Shown: piece after piece, positions 1 through 9,179 of the stretch | How the letters are laid out: the number at the start of each line of letters is the position of its first letter | Position numbering within the stretch: the first letter of the stretch is position 1 | Assembly: GCA_045614025.1 (NCBI GenBank) | Contig: JAZLCE010000013.1 | Coordinates: forward strand, 40,272 to 104,271 | Source of the DNA: Alphaproteobacteria bacterium | GTDB lineage: Bacteria; Pseudomonadota; Alphaproteobacteria; CAAHEQ01; UBA3637 | Reading direction: 5' to 3' | DNA length: 64,000 nt | Program-made: the position numbers and the translations under genes | The notes under the pieces: generated by a model | The model's database searches: none | What the model saw: only the letters and a program-made list of their open reading frames with translations | What the model was told of the DNA's origin: nothing

Positions 1-1
1 C

Positions 2-328
2 ATTATCAGAAAAGCTTATACTGAAGAAGAAGCTAGAGCAAATTTAAATCTTTTATCTGGAAGAAAGCATCGTGTTTTAACAGGTATTTGCGTTATTTCA
101 CCAACTGGAAAAATTATTGCAAAAGTGAATACCAGTTTTGTTACCATCAAAAAATTAGATGAAACAGATATTAAATTAATTTTAGCATCAAATGAATGGA
201 AAGGCGTTGCTGGTTATCAAATTGAAGGAGTTCTATCTGCTTTTGTAAAACAAATGTCAGGCTCTTATTCCAGCATTGTTGGCATTCCCGTCTATGAAAC
301 TGTTCAAATTTTAAGAGGTATTTCATAA
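2..328 (+). CDS. maf: Maf-like nucleotide pyrophosphatase, C-terminal part (5' end outside window)
   Basis: Frame 2 is open from the window edge to TAA at 326-328. Translation '..LSGRKHRVLTGICVI..WKGVAGYQIEG..SSIVGIPVYE' matches the Maf C-terminal region. It is followed by RNase-G-like and yacG genes, as in many alphaproteobacteria. Confidence 0.8.
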   Translation: MIRKAYTEEEARANLNLLSGRKHRVLTGICVISPTGKIIAKVNTSFVTIKKLDETDIKLILASNEWKGVAGYQIEGVLSAFVKQMSGSYSSIVGIPVYETVQILRGIS

Positions 329-330
329 AA

Positions 331-1284
331 ATGGCTGAAAAATTCCTTGTTTGCCACAAAACGGAAAATCAAACTCTTATTGCTTTGCTAGATGAAGAAG
401 AAAATATATCTGAACTTTTTGTTTCAAGAGAAAACTCTTTAAACTTTGATGAAGAATATATTGCTAAAATAATTTCATATCACCAAAAACTAAAAGGTTA
501 TTTTGCAGAAACAGAAAAAGGGATAAACGCTTTTATTCCAACAGATAAAAAACTTATAATCGGCGAAAAAGTTTACATTAAAATTAAAAAAGAAGCCAGA
601 AGAAACAAAGAAGCAACAGCTGAATTAATTGAAAATAACAGTTTAAACAATGTTTCTTTTTTAGAAAAAATCAAAATAAAATATCCATATCCAATTAAAG
701 AAATCAACTCTCTTGAGCAATTAATAGATCAATCTTTAGAAGAAGAAGTTTCTTTTGCCAATGGCGCTAAAATTAGCATTCAAAAAACTCAAGCTCTTTG
801 GAGTATTGACATTGATTCTGGCAATAGTGAAATTCCTTTTGATGAAATTAACAAAATTGCCATTTCGCTTATTCAAAAACAAGTTCAACTAAAAAACATG
901 TCTGGCATGATTTTAATTGACTTTATTGGATCAAAGAAAAAACAAGAACAAGAAGCTCTTTTAAAAGAAATCAAAAAAGCATTTAAGACTGATAGCAGAA
1001 CAAAAATTTATGGATTCAGCTCTCTTCGTTTATTAGAATTAAAACGAAAGAGTGAACGCGCTGATGTTTACGATCTTTTTCTTTCAAAAAATGGGCGAAA
1101 ACATCCTCTTTATGTTTCCTATCTTATTGAAAGAGCTGTTAAAAATTCAAAAAGTGGTAAACTTCAACTAACCATTCACCCTTTGATAGAAAAATATCTT
1201 TCAAAAGATGTGAAATCATTAGCTAAAATAGAACAAAATTTAAATATAGAATCAGATTATTTCGAAATAAAGGAGTTTTTTTAA
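331..1284 (+). CDS. RNase E/G-family ribonuclease-like protein (short form)
   Basis: 317 aa. 'ALWSIDIDSGN' and 'MILIDFIGS' resemble the two acidic catalytic motifs of the RNase E/G core. Its position between maf and yacG supports this. No S1 domain is obvious, so the call is family-level only. Confidence 0.55.
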   Translation: MAEKFLVCHKTENQTLIALLDEEENISELFVSRENSLNFDEEYIAKIISYHQKLKGYFAETEKGINAFIPTDKKLIIGEKVYIKIKKEARRNKEATAELIENNSLNNVSFLEKIKIKYPYPIKEINSLEQLIDQSLEEEVSFANGAKISIQKTQALWSIDIDSGNSEIPFDEINKIAISLIQKQVQLKNMSGMILIDFIGSKKKQEQEALLKEIKKAFKTDSRTKIYGFSSLRLLELKRKSERADVYDLFLSKNGRKHPLYVSYLIERAVKNSKSGKLQLTIHPLIEKYLSKDVKSLAKIEQNLNIESDYFEIKEFF

Positions 1285-1469
1285 TGACAGAATCAAAAGT
1301 AAAATGCCCTATTTGTGGTAAAAACCCAGAAACAAGATATGCCCCCTTTTGCTCAAAAAAATGTGCAGATGTTGATTTGGGCAGATGGTTAAAAGGATCT
1401 TACGTTGTTCATACAGATGAAAAACCAGAACCAGAAGACCTGTTAAAACAACTTGAAGACGCCGAATAA
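1284..1469 (+). CDS. yacG: DNA gyrase inhibitor YacG (zinc ribbon)
   Basis: 61 aa with 'CPICGK..APFCSKKCADVDLGRWL'. The start overlaps the upstream stop (TAATG). Confidence 0.85.
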   Translation: MTESKVKCPICGKNPETRYAPFCSKKCADVDLGRWLKGSYVVHTDEKPEPEDLLKQLEDAE

Positions 1470-1511
1470 AATAAAAAAAAGAAAAAATTTTTATTTTTTT
1501 TAAAAAATTAC

Positions 1512-1540
1512 TGGACATTTGCAAAAAAGTCGTGTATAAA
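1512..1540 (+). promoter_or_regulatory. candidate sigma70-type promoter for tRNA-Phe
   Basis: TGGACA (1512-1517), a 17-nt spacer, then TATAAA (1535-1540), ending 17 nt upstream of the mature tRNA 5' end. Chance matches are frequent in AT-rich DNA. Confidence 0.35.
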
Positions 1541-1557
1541 GGTCTTACTTCAGGTTA

Positions 1558-1633
1558 GCCTGGGTAGCTCAGTTGGTAGAGCAAGGGACTGAAAATCCCT
1601 GTGTCGGCGGTTCGATTCCGTCCCCAGGCACCA
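1558..1633 (+). tRNA. tRNA-Phe (anticodon GAA)
   Basis: 76 nt with a hand-folded cloverleaf. Acceptor GCCTGGG/CCCAGGC, D arm GCTC..GAGC, anticodon stem AGGGA/TCCCT with loop CTGAAAA, T arm GGCGG-TTCGATT-CCGTC, and an encoded CCA. Confidence 0.97.
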
Positions 1634-1635
1634 TT

Positions 1636-1665
1636 AAAAAAGCATCGATTTCGATGCTTTTTTAT
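1636..1665 (+). terminator. rho-independent terminator after tRNA-Phe
   Basis: Stem AGCATCGA (1641-1648) / TCGATGCT (1651-1658) with a 2-nt loop, followed by a T-run. Confidence 0.7.
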
Positions 1666-2263
1666 TATATTTACAGAATTCAAAAAACAATATCTTTATG
1701 ATATTTTATTGAACCCATATCTGCTTCTGGAGAATCTGTTTTTTCAAAATCAGAACCATTATGTGAAAAATATAAAACATCTATTTTTCCAAAAGGGACA
1801 ATCTCATAATTAAGCTCCTTTGTAAGCAAAATTTTTGACTTTACTACAAAAATATAATCAAATTGCATCTTTTTTATTGTATCAAGATTGTTTTTTGAAA
1901 AATATTAATAATATATCCAAACTAAAAAATAACATTCTTATCAAAATACGATTTTTAATTTTAACTTGTGTATAAAAAACAATTTTCGAATCCTTTTGTT
2001 TCCATCTATAAGAATTATGCATATTTTAATAACAATCTCTTATAGAGTCAGATGAATCCTTAAACTTTGATTTTGACTCTAATAAAATTTTTATACCTGC
2101 AAAATTTATCGATAATAGCCCACTTTCAATGGATTTTATTAATGAGTTCTACTTTGGATTGCTCTCATAAATATAATGATTCTTCTCTTCATTCAAAAAC
2201 CCCTAAAGATCATTCTTCCCTTTTAGTTTCGCCCAAATTCTTCTAGCTCCCCAAGAATTTCGG

Positions 2264-2294
2264 CATAAAAAAAACCACCTTTCGGTGGTTTTTA
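2264..2294 (-). terminator. rho-independent terminator after tRNA-Glu
   Basis: AAAACCACC-TTTC-GGTGGTTTT hairpin. On the minus strand it reads CCACC-GAAA-GGTGG followed by a T-run. Confidence 0.7.
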
Positions 2295-2295
2295 T

Positions 2296-2371
2296 TGGCG
2301 ACCCCACGGGGATTCGAACCCCGGTTACCGCCGTGAAAGGGCGATGTCCTAGGCCTCTAGACGATGGGGTC
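2296..2371 (-). tRNA. tRNA-Glu (anticodon UUC)
   Basis: The reverse complement reads GACCCCATCGTCTAGAGGCCTAGGACATCGCCCTTTCACGGCGGTAACCGGGGTTCGAATCCCCGTGGGGTCGCCA. Acceptor GACCCCA/TGGGGTC, anticodon loop CTTTCAC, T arm CGGGG-TTCGAAT-CCCCG, and an encoded CCA. Confidence 0.95.
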
Positions 2372-2389
2372 ATCTCAAGAGATGTGTAT

Positions 2390-2418
2390 TTTATACACTT
2401 TTATTATCAAAAAAGCAA
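2390..2418 (-). promoter_or_regulatory. candidate sigma70-type promoter for tRNA-Glu
   Basis: On the minus strand: TTGCTT (2418-2413), a 17-nt spacer, then TATAAA (2395-2390), 18 nt upstream of the tRNA 5' end. Confidence 0.35.
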
Positions 2419-2560
2419 GAAGTTTTTTACATATTTTTTATTTTTTTTATTTCTATTTGATTTTATTAACTTTTATAAATAAAAACATACTTGAAAACCA
2501 ATTGCATTTATCTTATTTATTACTTAATATAGAATATATTTCTTATTTTAAGGAGAAAAA

Positions 2561-3157
2561 ATGAAAAATTTTTTAGATTTAGTTCAAAAGCGTCGTTCCA
2601 TATATCATTTAAATAATAAAACAGAAGTTTCAATTAAAAAAATTATTAATACCATTCAAACTTGTTTAAAACATTCACCAAGTGCTTTTAATTCCCAAAC
2701 AAGCAGAATTATTCTTTTAATAAACGATCCACATCTTGCTTTTTGGTCATCTACAAATAATACTCTTCAAAAAATAACTCCTCCGGGAAAATTTAATCAA
2801 ACAAAAGAAAAAATTGATTCTTTTAAACAAGGCATTGGCACTATTTTATTTTTTGAAGAACAACACACAATTTTAGCCTTAGAAGAAAAATTCCCTCTTT
2901 ATAAAGAAAATTTTCAAATATGGTCTCAACAAGCCTCTGGGATGCTTCAATATGCGATTTGGTTAGGTCTCAGCGAATTAAATTTAGGCGCCAATTTACA
3001 ACATTATAACCCTCTAGTTGACGAATATGTTCAACAAACATTTCACACCCCAACCTCTTGGGAACTGGTAGCGCAAATGAATTTTGGAGGCATTCAAAAA
3101 GAAGCTGATGAAAAAATCTTTTTAGACTTAAGCAAACGTTTTCATGTATTTAAATAA
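2561..3157 (+). CDS. nitroreductase-family protein (Frm2/Hbn1-like size class)
   Basis: 198 aa. The N-terminal 'LVQKRRSIYHL' and overall length fit the NAD(P)H nitroreductase fold family. AAGGAG SD lies 7 nt upstream. Confidence 0.65.
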   Translation: MKNFLDLVQKRRSIYHLNNKTEVSIKKIINTIQTCLKHSPSAFNSQTSRIILLINDPHLAFWSSTNNTLQKITPPGKFNQTKEKIDSFKQGIGTILFFEEQHTILALEEKFPLYKENFQIWSQQASGMLQYAIWLGLSELNLGANLQHYNPLVDEYVQQTFHTPTSWELVAQMNFGGIQKEADEKIFLDLSKRFHVFK

Positions 3158-3193
3158 AAAAAAGGCAAACCTTTTATGTTTGCCTTTTTTTTC
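3157..3193. terminator. bidirectional hairpin terminator between the nitroreductase gene and mscL
   Basis: AAAGGCAAA (3161-3169) pairs with TTTGCCTTT (3179-3187). An A-run lies on the left and a T-run on the right, between convergent genes. Confidence 0.7.
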
Positions 3194-3206
3194 AGATTTT
3201 AAAAAT

Positions 3207-3686
3207 TTATTTTTTAATATCACCCGTACAATGTGGACATTTTTTTGCACGAATATCAATTTTTGAGAAACAATGAGGACAATCTTTTGTTGTTGGTGCA
3301 GCTGTTTCTGCTTCTTTCTTTTCATCCGCATCTAATTTTGCTTGCAATGTGTTCATCCCTTTAATCAACATAAACACTGCAAATGCAACAATTGTAAAGC
3401 TGATAATTGTGTTTAAAAACATACCAACATTTAAGGTAACGGCACCTGCTGCTTGCGCTGCTGAAAGAGAATGATATGGTGCAGCTGCGCCCGTTCCTTC
3501 TTTTAAAACGAAAAATAAATTAGCAAAGTCAATTTTACCAAGTAAAATACCTAATGGTGGCATAATCATATCTTTTACAAGGGAATCAACAATCTTTCCG
3601 AATGCAGCCCCAATGATAATACCAACAGCCATATCCAATACATTGCCACGCATGGCAAATTTTTTAAATTCTGATAATAATTTCAT
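3207..3686 (-). CDS. mscL: large-conductance mechanosensitive channel MscL with C-terminal CxxC..CxxC tail
   Basis: 'FKKFAMRGNVLDMAVGIIIGAAFGKIVDSLVKDMIMPPLG' is the canonical MscL N-terminus/TM1. The extra C-terminal 'CPHCFSKIDIRAKKCPHCTGDI' looks like a zinc ribbon. AAAGGAG SD is present. Confidence 0.95.
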   Translation of the reverse strand: MKLLSEFKKFAMRGNVLDMAVGIIIGAAFGKIVDSLVKDMIMPPLGILLGKIDFANLFFVLKEGTGAAAPYHSLSAAQAAGAVTLNVGMFLNTIISFTIVAFAVFMLIKGMNTLQAKLDADEKKEAETAAPTTKDCPHCFSKIDIRAKKCPHCTGDIKK

Positions 3687-3698
3687 TTTGATACTCCT

Positions 3699-4574
3699 TT
3701 ATTTAAATAAATGAAACAAATTTTTATATGAGAGAGAAACACCTATCATTAAATTACTTGCATGAGAGGAAGCTTCTCTTGATTGAGCCAAACGATAAGA
3801 AATATATGGTCCAAAAGTTAATGTATCAGTGATATCAACATCCATTCTTGCTGTTAGATTCAAATCATATTCAAGATCTGTGCCGATATATTGACTATAA
3901 GAAAGATATTTTCTGAAATATCCGTCTGTAGAAAACTTAACCCCTTCCCTTAAAACATGGCCTAAACGCCAACCAGTTTCAAGAGCAAATTTGCTTACGT
4001 GATCACTATAGGTGATATCATATTCGCCAACACCTGCAACATACAACTCTTCAATAACTTTTCCACTTAATAATTTAAGACCGCTCTTTCCACGAAAAAC
4101 TTTCATTCTTGGCGCATCTTCATTTCTTGTGAATTCTGTTTGATATGCAAGGCTAGCAAATGGACCTAAATCCATTCCACGATATTTCCATGTTTTATAT
4201 GTATAATCCGATGAAAGCAAAATCTTATCTTCATTTTCACTGGTTTCAGAAACATCACCTTCTTGGTGACCTTTAATTTTTGTTCTTCCATAATTAAGAA
4301 AAAGAGAATTATCCCAGCGATACTTATTGGTTTCATATTCCAAAACACCATCAAAAACGCCCTTAATCAAACTTTGATTATCTGCATTTAATTGCGTTAC
4401 AGGAGAATTTTCATATTCCTTTGCATTTGAAACTTTTGTTGATGAAAGTTCCAAACCAACACGTCTAAAATTCAAACGCCACTCTGGTTGATTAAGAGGA
4501 TTTTCTTCTGCGTTAGCTGAAACAGAAATTAATCCGGCAACAACTAAAGACAAAGCACTTATTTTTTTTAACAT
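3699..4574 (-). CDS. putative outer-membrane beta-barrel protein
   Basis: 291 aa. Signal peptide 'MLKKISALSLVVAGLISVSANA|EE', alternating hydrophobic/polar strands rich in Y/G/T throughout, and an aromatic C-terminal region. It lies 12 nt upstream of mscL on the same strand. No named family recognised. Confidence 0.45.
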   Translation of the reverse strand: MLKKISALSLVVAGLISVSANAEENPLNQPEWRLNFRRVGLELSSTKVSNAKEYENSPVTQLNADNQSLIKGVFDGVLEYETNKYRWDNSLFLNYGRTKIKGHQEGDVSETSENEDKILLSSDYTYKTWKYRGMDLGPFASLAYQTEFTRNEDAPRMKVFRGKSGLKLLSGKVIEELYVAGVGEYDITYSDHVSKFALETGWRLGHVLREGVKFSTDGYFRKYLSYSQYIGTDLEYDLNLTARMDVDITDTLTFGPYISYRLAQSREASSHASNLMIGVSLSYKNLFHLFK

Positions 4575-4697
4575 GATTTAAATCCTTTTTGTTGATTCAT
4601 ACAAAAATATGTCTTCTATTTGATAGAACATAAAAGTCATTTTGTAAAGTTCTTTTATTTTAATCCTATAAATTAAAAATAAAGGGATAAAGAATTT

Positions 4698-6269
4698 TTA
4701 TTGTTGTGCTGGTTGTTCTTTTTTCTTTGCTTCATCTTCCAAAATCTTTTTAGTCTTAGCTTGAACAAGCTCGTCCATCTTAAATTCCATATCTAAAATA
4801 AGTGTTCCTTCTTCATCATAAATTTTAGCAACACCATCTTTTTTGCCATCTTTAAAGAAAGAAACACTTCTTAAAACGCCATTATCAAAAAATGTTTTAC
4901 TTTCACCCTCTAACTTATCATTTTTATAAAAATCAATGCTTTGAACAACTCCATTATTATAATAAATGGTTTGTTTTCCATTTAATTTTCCATTTTCATA
5001 AATACCTTCAACATTAATCTTTCCATTTGGGAAATATTGTTTAAATTCACCATGAGGCATATCATTTTTAAACATTGTGCGCGTGCTTAAAGTGCCATCC
5101 TCATAATAATTGGTAAATTCACCATCTTTTTTTCCAGATTTGAAAAGAGTTGTCATTTTAACTTTTCCAGTTGGATAATAAGCAACAACAGCCCCTTCTT
5201 CTGAACCATTTTTATAATTTTTTTCAAGCGCCACTTGACCATTTTCATAATATTCAACAAGCTTGCCATCTAATACCCCATTTTTCATTTCAACACTTGA
5301 TTGAATATTACCATCTAAATAATAAGTGATGAGTTTTCCTTCAATTTTATCATCAACATAATTGCTTTCCAACTTTAATTGGCCAGTATTATAAAAAACT
5401 TTAGCTGAACCATGTTGACGTCCTTCTTTATAAAACACTTCTTTTTCAATTGAGCCATCTTCATAATAAGATTTTGAAACACCTGTTAATAAATCATCTT
5501 TATATTCTTCTTCCTGCATCAATTGACCAAAATCATAATAAGATTTTGAAAATCCATCCTTTTTACCAGCTTTATATGTTTCCTCTGTTCGTAATTTTCC
5601 ATTTTCATAATAAGTTTTAATTACGCCTTCAGGCCCTTCTTTTTTAAAAACACCCTCGCCTTTTAACTTACCATTTTCATAATATTCTTTTACTTCTCCA
5701 TCTAAATAACCATCGGTATAAACACGAACGCGTTGCAATTTATCGCCTTCAAAATAAGCTTTATCTTCACCATTTCTTTTGCCGTTTTTATACATTGTTG
5801 CATATTGAACACTGCCACTTTGATAAAAAACTTTTGATAAACCTTCTGGCAATCCCATATTAAAATAAGATTCGTTTAAAAGTTTACCATTTTCATAGTA
5901 AGAAACAGATTTACCATGCAAACGACCTTGATTATATTTTTCAACCGTTTTTTCTTGCCCATTTTCATAATATGTAACACTTTCCCCATGAGGAAGCCCA
6001 TTGAAAAAGAATGCCTTTGCTTCTATTTTACCACTTGGATATGTTCGTTGCAAAATGCCATTAACAGGGGTTTTATCTGTTTTTTTCAACATGAATGGAT
6101 TTTGAAAAATCACATCATCTTTTGTATACACTGGCACTTCTATTGTTTTTTTTGCTTCAGGGGCTTTTTGATCTGGCGTTTTAGCTGATTGAGCCTGAAC
6201 AAAATCAGCTCTCATAAAAACGAATCCAAAACTCAAAGCAGTATATAAAAATAAATGTGATTTTTTCAT
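4698..6269 (-). CDS. secreted MORN-variant repeat protein (YwqK-like repeats)
   Basis: 523 aa. A signal peptide is followed by about 18 tandem 23-24-aa units built on 'YYENGKL..E..Y..G...G' (for example YYENGQEK, YYENGKLL, YYENGKLK, YYEDGSIE, YYNNGVVQ). Confidence 0.85.
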   Translation of the reverse strand: MKKSHLFLYTALSFGFVFMRADFVQAQSAKTPDQKAPEAKKTIEVPVYTKDDVIFQNPFMLKKTDKTPVNGILQRTYPSGKIEAKAFFFNGLPHGESVTYYENGQEKTVEKYNQGRLHGKSVSYYENGKLLNESYFNMGLPEGLSKVFYQSGSVQYATMYKNGKRNGEDKAYFEGDKLQRVRVYTDGYLDGEVKEYYENGKLKGEGVFKKEGPEGVIKTYYENGKLRTEETYKAGKKDGFSKSYYDFGQLMQEEEYKDDLLTGVSKSYYEDGSIEKEVFYKEGRQHGSAKVFYNTGQLKLESNYVDDKIEGKLITYYLDGNIQSSVEMKNGVLDGKLVEYYENGQVALEKNYKNGSEEGAVVAYYPTGKVKMTTLFKSGKKDGEFTNYYEDGTLSTRTMFKNDMPHGEFKQYFPNGKINVEGIYENGKLNGKQTIYYNNGVVQSIDFYKNDKLEGESKTFFDNGVLRSVSFFKDGKKDGVAKIYDEEGTLILDMEFKMDELVQAKTKKILEDEAKKKEQPAQQ

Positions 6270-6351
6270 TTCAGCCTCTAATAAAAAATAATTTAAAACA
6301 TTTTAAAACAGTATCAAACTTTCGATTTAAAATCAAACTTATTTTAACAAA

Positions 6352-6393
6352 AAACATAAAAAAATATCCAGTTTTTTTGGTAAAAACTGGATA
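6352..6393 (-). terminator. rho-independent terminator after the small-ORF/LuxR operon
   Basis: 12-bp stem TATCCAGTTTTT (6365-6376) / AAAAACTGGATA (6382-6393). On the minus strand a T-run follows. Confidence 0.6.
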
Positions 6394-6418
6394 AAAAATG
6401 ATATTAAGTTTTTTTATT

Positions 6419-6664
6419 TTAAACAAAATTTTTTTCTTTAGCTTTTAATAAAATCTGAACGCGATTTTGAACTTTAAAAGCACGAAGTAAAGAGCTCACA
6501 TGCATCTTTATTGTTGGTTCGGCAACACCCAAAATATGGGCAATTTGTTTATTTGAAAAACCTTGCGCTAATTGATTTAAAACTGCCACTTGGCGTTCAG
6601 ACAAAAAGGATCCATCATCTAAAGCATATGCTTCTTTTTGATATGGTTTTATACTTTGAATCAT
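6419..6664 (-). CDS. stand-alone LuxR/GerE-type HTH transcriptional regulator
   Basis: 81 aa. 'LSERQVAVLNQLAQGFSNKQIAHILGVAEPTIKMHVSSLLRAFKVQNRVQ' is a full LuxR-type HTH with no receiver or autoinducer domain. AGGAG SD is present. Confidence 0.8.
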   Translation of the reverse strand: MIQSIKPYQKEAYALDDGSFLSERQVAVLNQLAQGFSNKQIAHILGVAEPTIKMHVSSLLRAFKVQNRVQILLKAKEKNFV

Positions 6665-6676
6665 CTTAATCTCCTG

Positions 6677-6940
6677 TTACAAAAGAGCAGATTCCATTTT
6701 TCGAATCTTTTCCTCTTTATATGCAATTTTTCTAGATAACAATTCCAACATTGTTTCATGATTGTTTTTCTTTGCCCAATCTTGCAACATATAAAGTGTT
6801 TTTAAATTTTGCTGATTTGCTTCAACAATAAATTGCTTTAATTCAAGTGGCAATTCATCCCATGCAACATCAATTTCTTGTCTTAAAATTTTTCTTTCTT
6901 CTTGAGATAAACATAGATCTTTATTTATTTCTTGTTTCAT
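6677..6940 (-). CDS. hypothetical small helical protein, co-oriented 12 nt upstream of the LuxR-type gene
   Basis: The ORF track starts at a TTG (6952). The ATG at 6940 ('MKQEINK..') is preceded by GGGGG and is more plausible. No family recognised. Confidence 0.5.
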   Translation of the reverse strand: MKQEINKDLCLSQEERKILRQEIDVAWDELPLELKQFIVEANQQNLKTLYMLQDWAKKNNHETMLELLSRKIAYKEEKIRKMESALL

Positions 6941-7071
6941 TTTAACCCCCAAAATAATAATTTGTTAAAAGGCGTTGTTTACATTGGCTTCTAAGCCTTT
7001 TCAATCACTCTTATAGGTGTGTTTTGGAAAAAGCTTTGTCAAGGGAACAAGAAAAAAACAATTAATTCTGT

Positions 7072-8919
7072 TTATTTATTCTTTTTTAAATAAGCAATCA
7101 CCGCTGTAACGGCTGCAGGGGTAATTCCCATCAAACGGCTCATTGCTCCAATTGTTAATGGTCTATGACGATTAAGCCTCATTTGAATTTCATTTGAAAG
7201 ACCACCAACTAAGGCATAATTCATATCATCTGGAATTTTAAGAGCTTCATCTTTTTTAAATGAATCAATATCTGTTTTTTGACGAATTAAATATCCTTGA
7301 TATCTACCTTCAATTTCAAGTTGTTCTGCAACATCTTCTCTGATATCTTTTAAAACAGGCCAAACTGTTACAACATCTTTCCACGAAACACCTTGGCAAG
7401 ATAACAAATCAAATGGATTTCTTTTTTGCCCATCAAAATTCACAGAAAACCCCATTTGATTCAATTCTTTTGGAGTTCTAAATAAAGTTAAAACCAAATC
7501 TCTAGCTGATTTCATAAGCGATTCTTTTTCAAGAAAAGTTTCTTTTCTTTCTTTGCCAACACAACCAAATTCAATTCCCAATCTTGTTAACCTTAAATCA
7601 GCATTATCTGCACGCATTGTTAAGCGATATTCAGCCCTTGAAGTGAACAACCGATAAGGTTCATCAATCCCATGAGTTGTAATATCATCAATCATAACAC
7701 CCAAATAAGAATCTGCTCGATCAAAAGTGAGCTCTTTTCCTGTTTTTAATGCAAAATGAGCAGCATTTACACCTGCTAAAAGACCTTGCCCTGCCGCTTC
7801 CTCATAACCAGTTGTCCCATTAATTTGGCCTGCCAAATAAAGACCCTTTATCCGTCTTGTTTCAAGAGTTAATTTTAATTCTCTTGGATCAACATAATCA
7901 TATTCAATTGCATAAGCATATCTTAAAATTTTAACACTTTCAAGACCAGGAATGCTTCTTAAAAAAGCCTCTTGCACGTCTTTAGGTAATGAAGTTGAAA
8001 TCCCATTTGGATAAACGCTAATACCATCTCTTGTTTCTGGCTCTAAAAAAACATGGTGAGAATCTCTACCTTGAAAACGAACCAATTTATCTTCAATACT
8101 TGGGCAATATCTTGGACCAATTGAATTAATTTGACCAGAATAAAGTGGCGCACGATCTAAATTATCTAAAATGATTTGATGCGTTGTTGGTGTTGTGTGT
8201 GTAATATAGCAAGAAACTTGTTTTGGTTCAAAATCTTTTGTCATAAATGAAAAAGGTTTTGCAGGATCATCGCCTTTTTGTTCCTCCGTCAACTCCCAAT
8301 GAATTGTATCTTTATCCAACCTTGCTGGCGTTCCTGTTTTTAAACGTCCCATTTGAAAGCCCATTTTTTTAAGCGAAGGAGTAATCCCTTTTGAAGCGGC
8401 TTCTCCAAAACGACCACCCTCTTCTTTCTCTGGACCAATATGCATCAAACCATTTAAAAAGGTTCCCGTTGTTACAACAATACTTGAAGCAAAAATTTCT
8501 TCATCCCCAACTTGAATTCCTTTAATTTGATTATCGTCAAAAATTAAATTTCCAGCATCCCCTTCTTTGATTTCAAGATTAGGATACGAAAGCAAAATTT
8601 CTTGCATATATTTTTTATAAGCATCTTTATCAGCTTGCGCTCTTGGACCTTGAACGGCTGGACCTTTAGATTGATTTAAAATACGAAACTGAATACCCGT
8701 CTTATCAATCACACGAGCCATTAATCCATCCAAGGCATCAATTTCGCGCACCAAAGTACCTTTCCCCAATCCTCCAATTGCTGGGTTACAAGACATATCT
8801 GCAATTGTTTCAATATGATGAGTTACCAAAAGTGTTTTTGCGCCAACTCGAGCTGAAGCTGCTGCGGCCTCGCATCCCGCATGTCCACCACCAATAACGA
8901 TTACATCATATTGTTGCAT
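7072..8919 (-). CDS. mnmG: tRNA uridine 5-carboxymethylaminomethyl modification enzyme MnmG (GidA)
   Basis: 615 aa with FAD motif '[16 protein letters not shown]', colinear with GidA throughout. Confidence 0.97.
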   Translation of the reverse strand: MQQYDVIVIGGGHAGCEAAAASARVGAKTLLVTHHIETIADMSCNPAIGGLGKGTLVREIDALDGLMARVIDKTGIQFRILNQSKGPAVQGPRAQADKDAYKKYMQEILLSYPNLEIKEGDAGNLIFDDNQIKGIQVGDEEIFASSIVVTTGTFLNGLMHIGPEKEEGGRFGEAASKGITPSLKKMGFQMGRLKTGTPARLDKDTIHWELTEEQKGDDPAKPFSFMTKDFEPKQVSCYITHTTPTTHQIILDNLDRAPLYSGQINSIGPRYCPSIEDKLVRFQGRDSHHVFLEPETRDGISVYPNGISTSLPKDVQEAFLRSIPGLESVKILRYAYAIEYDYVDPRELKLTLETRRIKGLYLAGQINGTTGYEEAAGQGLLAGVNAAHFALKTGKELTFDRADSYLGVMIDDITTHGIDEPYRLFTSRAEYRLTMRADNADLRLTRLGIEFGCVGKERKETFLEKESLMKSARDLVLTLFRTPKELNQMGFSVNFDGQKRNPFDLLSCQGVSWKDVVTVWPVLKDIREDVAEQLEIEGRYQGYLIRQKTDIDSFKKDEALKIPDDMNYALVGGLSNEIQMRLNRHRPLTIGAMSRLMGITPAAVTAVIAYLKKNK

Positions 8920-9071
8920 TTTCTTATCCTTTAAAAAAATTTTTATTTATTATATCAAATATCATCTAAAAAGTAAAGCTTAACCCAAACACATTCAATC
9001 TTTCATTGATAATTCTTATACCACTTAATCAAACAAAAATTTTAAACCAAAGTTTTCAAATTCTTTATTTA

Positions 9072-9120
9072 ACAAGAAAATCAAGACCCGTTTTATCCTT
9101 CCTCCTTGATAAAACGGGTG
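9072..9120 (-). terminator. hairpin terminator downstream of mnmE
   Basis: 12-bp stem ACCCGTTTTATC (9086-9097) / GATAAAACGGGT (9108-9119). On the minus strand it is followed by CTTGATTTTCTTGTT. Confidence 0.55.
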
Positions 9121-9179
9121 CTCAAATATTACCATAAAAATAAAATTATGTCAATATTTTTATTTATTTCAATAAGATA

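Noticed and set aside
2285-2564. ORFs 2285-2482 and 2364-2564 (65 and 66 aa), and ORF 1601-1813
   Set aside because: They overlap the tRNA-Glu or tRNA-Phe genes and AT-rich promoter DNA. The translations are low-complexity (F/L/Y/K-rich) and there is no SD.
8920-9179. The 260-bp mnmG-mnmE intergenic region as a possible ncRNA or origin-associated region
   Set aside because: It contains one clear hairpin, best explained as the mnmE terminator, plus AT-rich promoter-like DNA for mnmG. There are no DnaA-box clusters or conserved RNA motifs that I can recognise.
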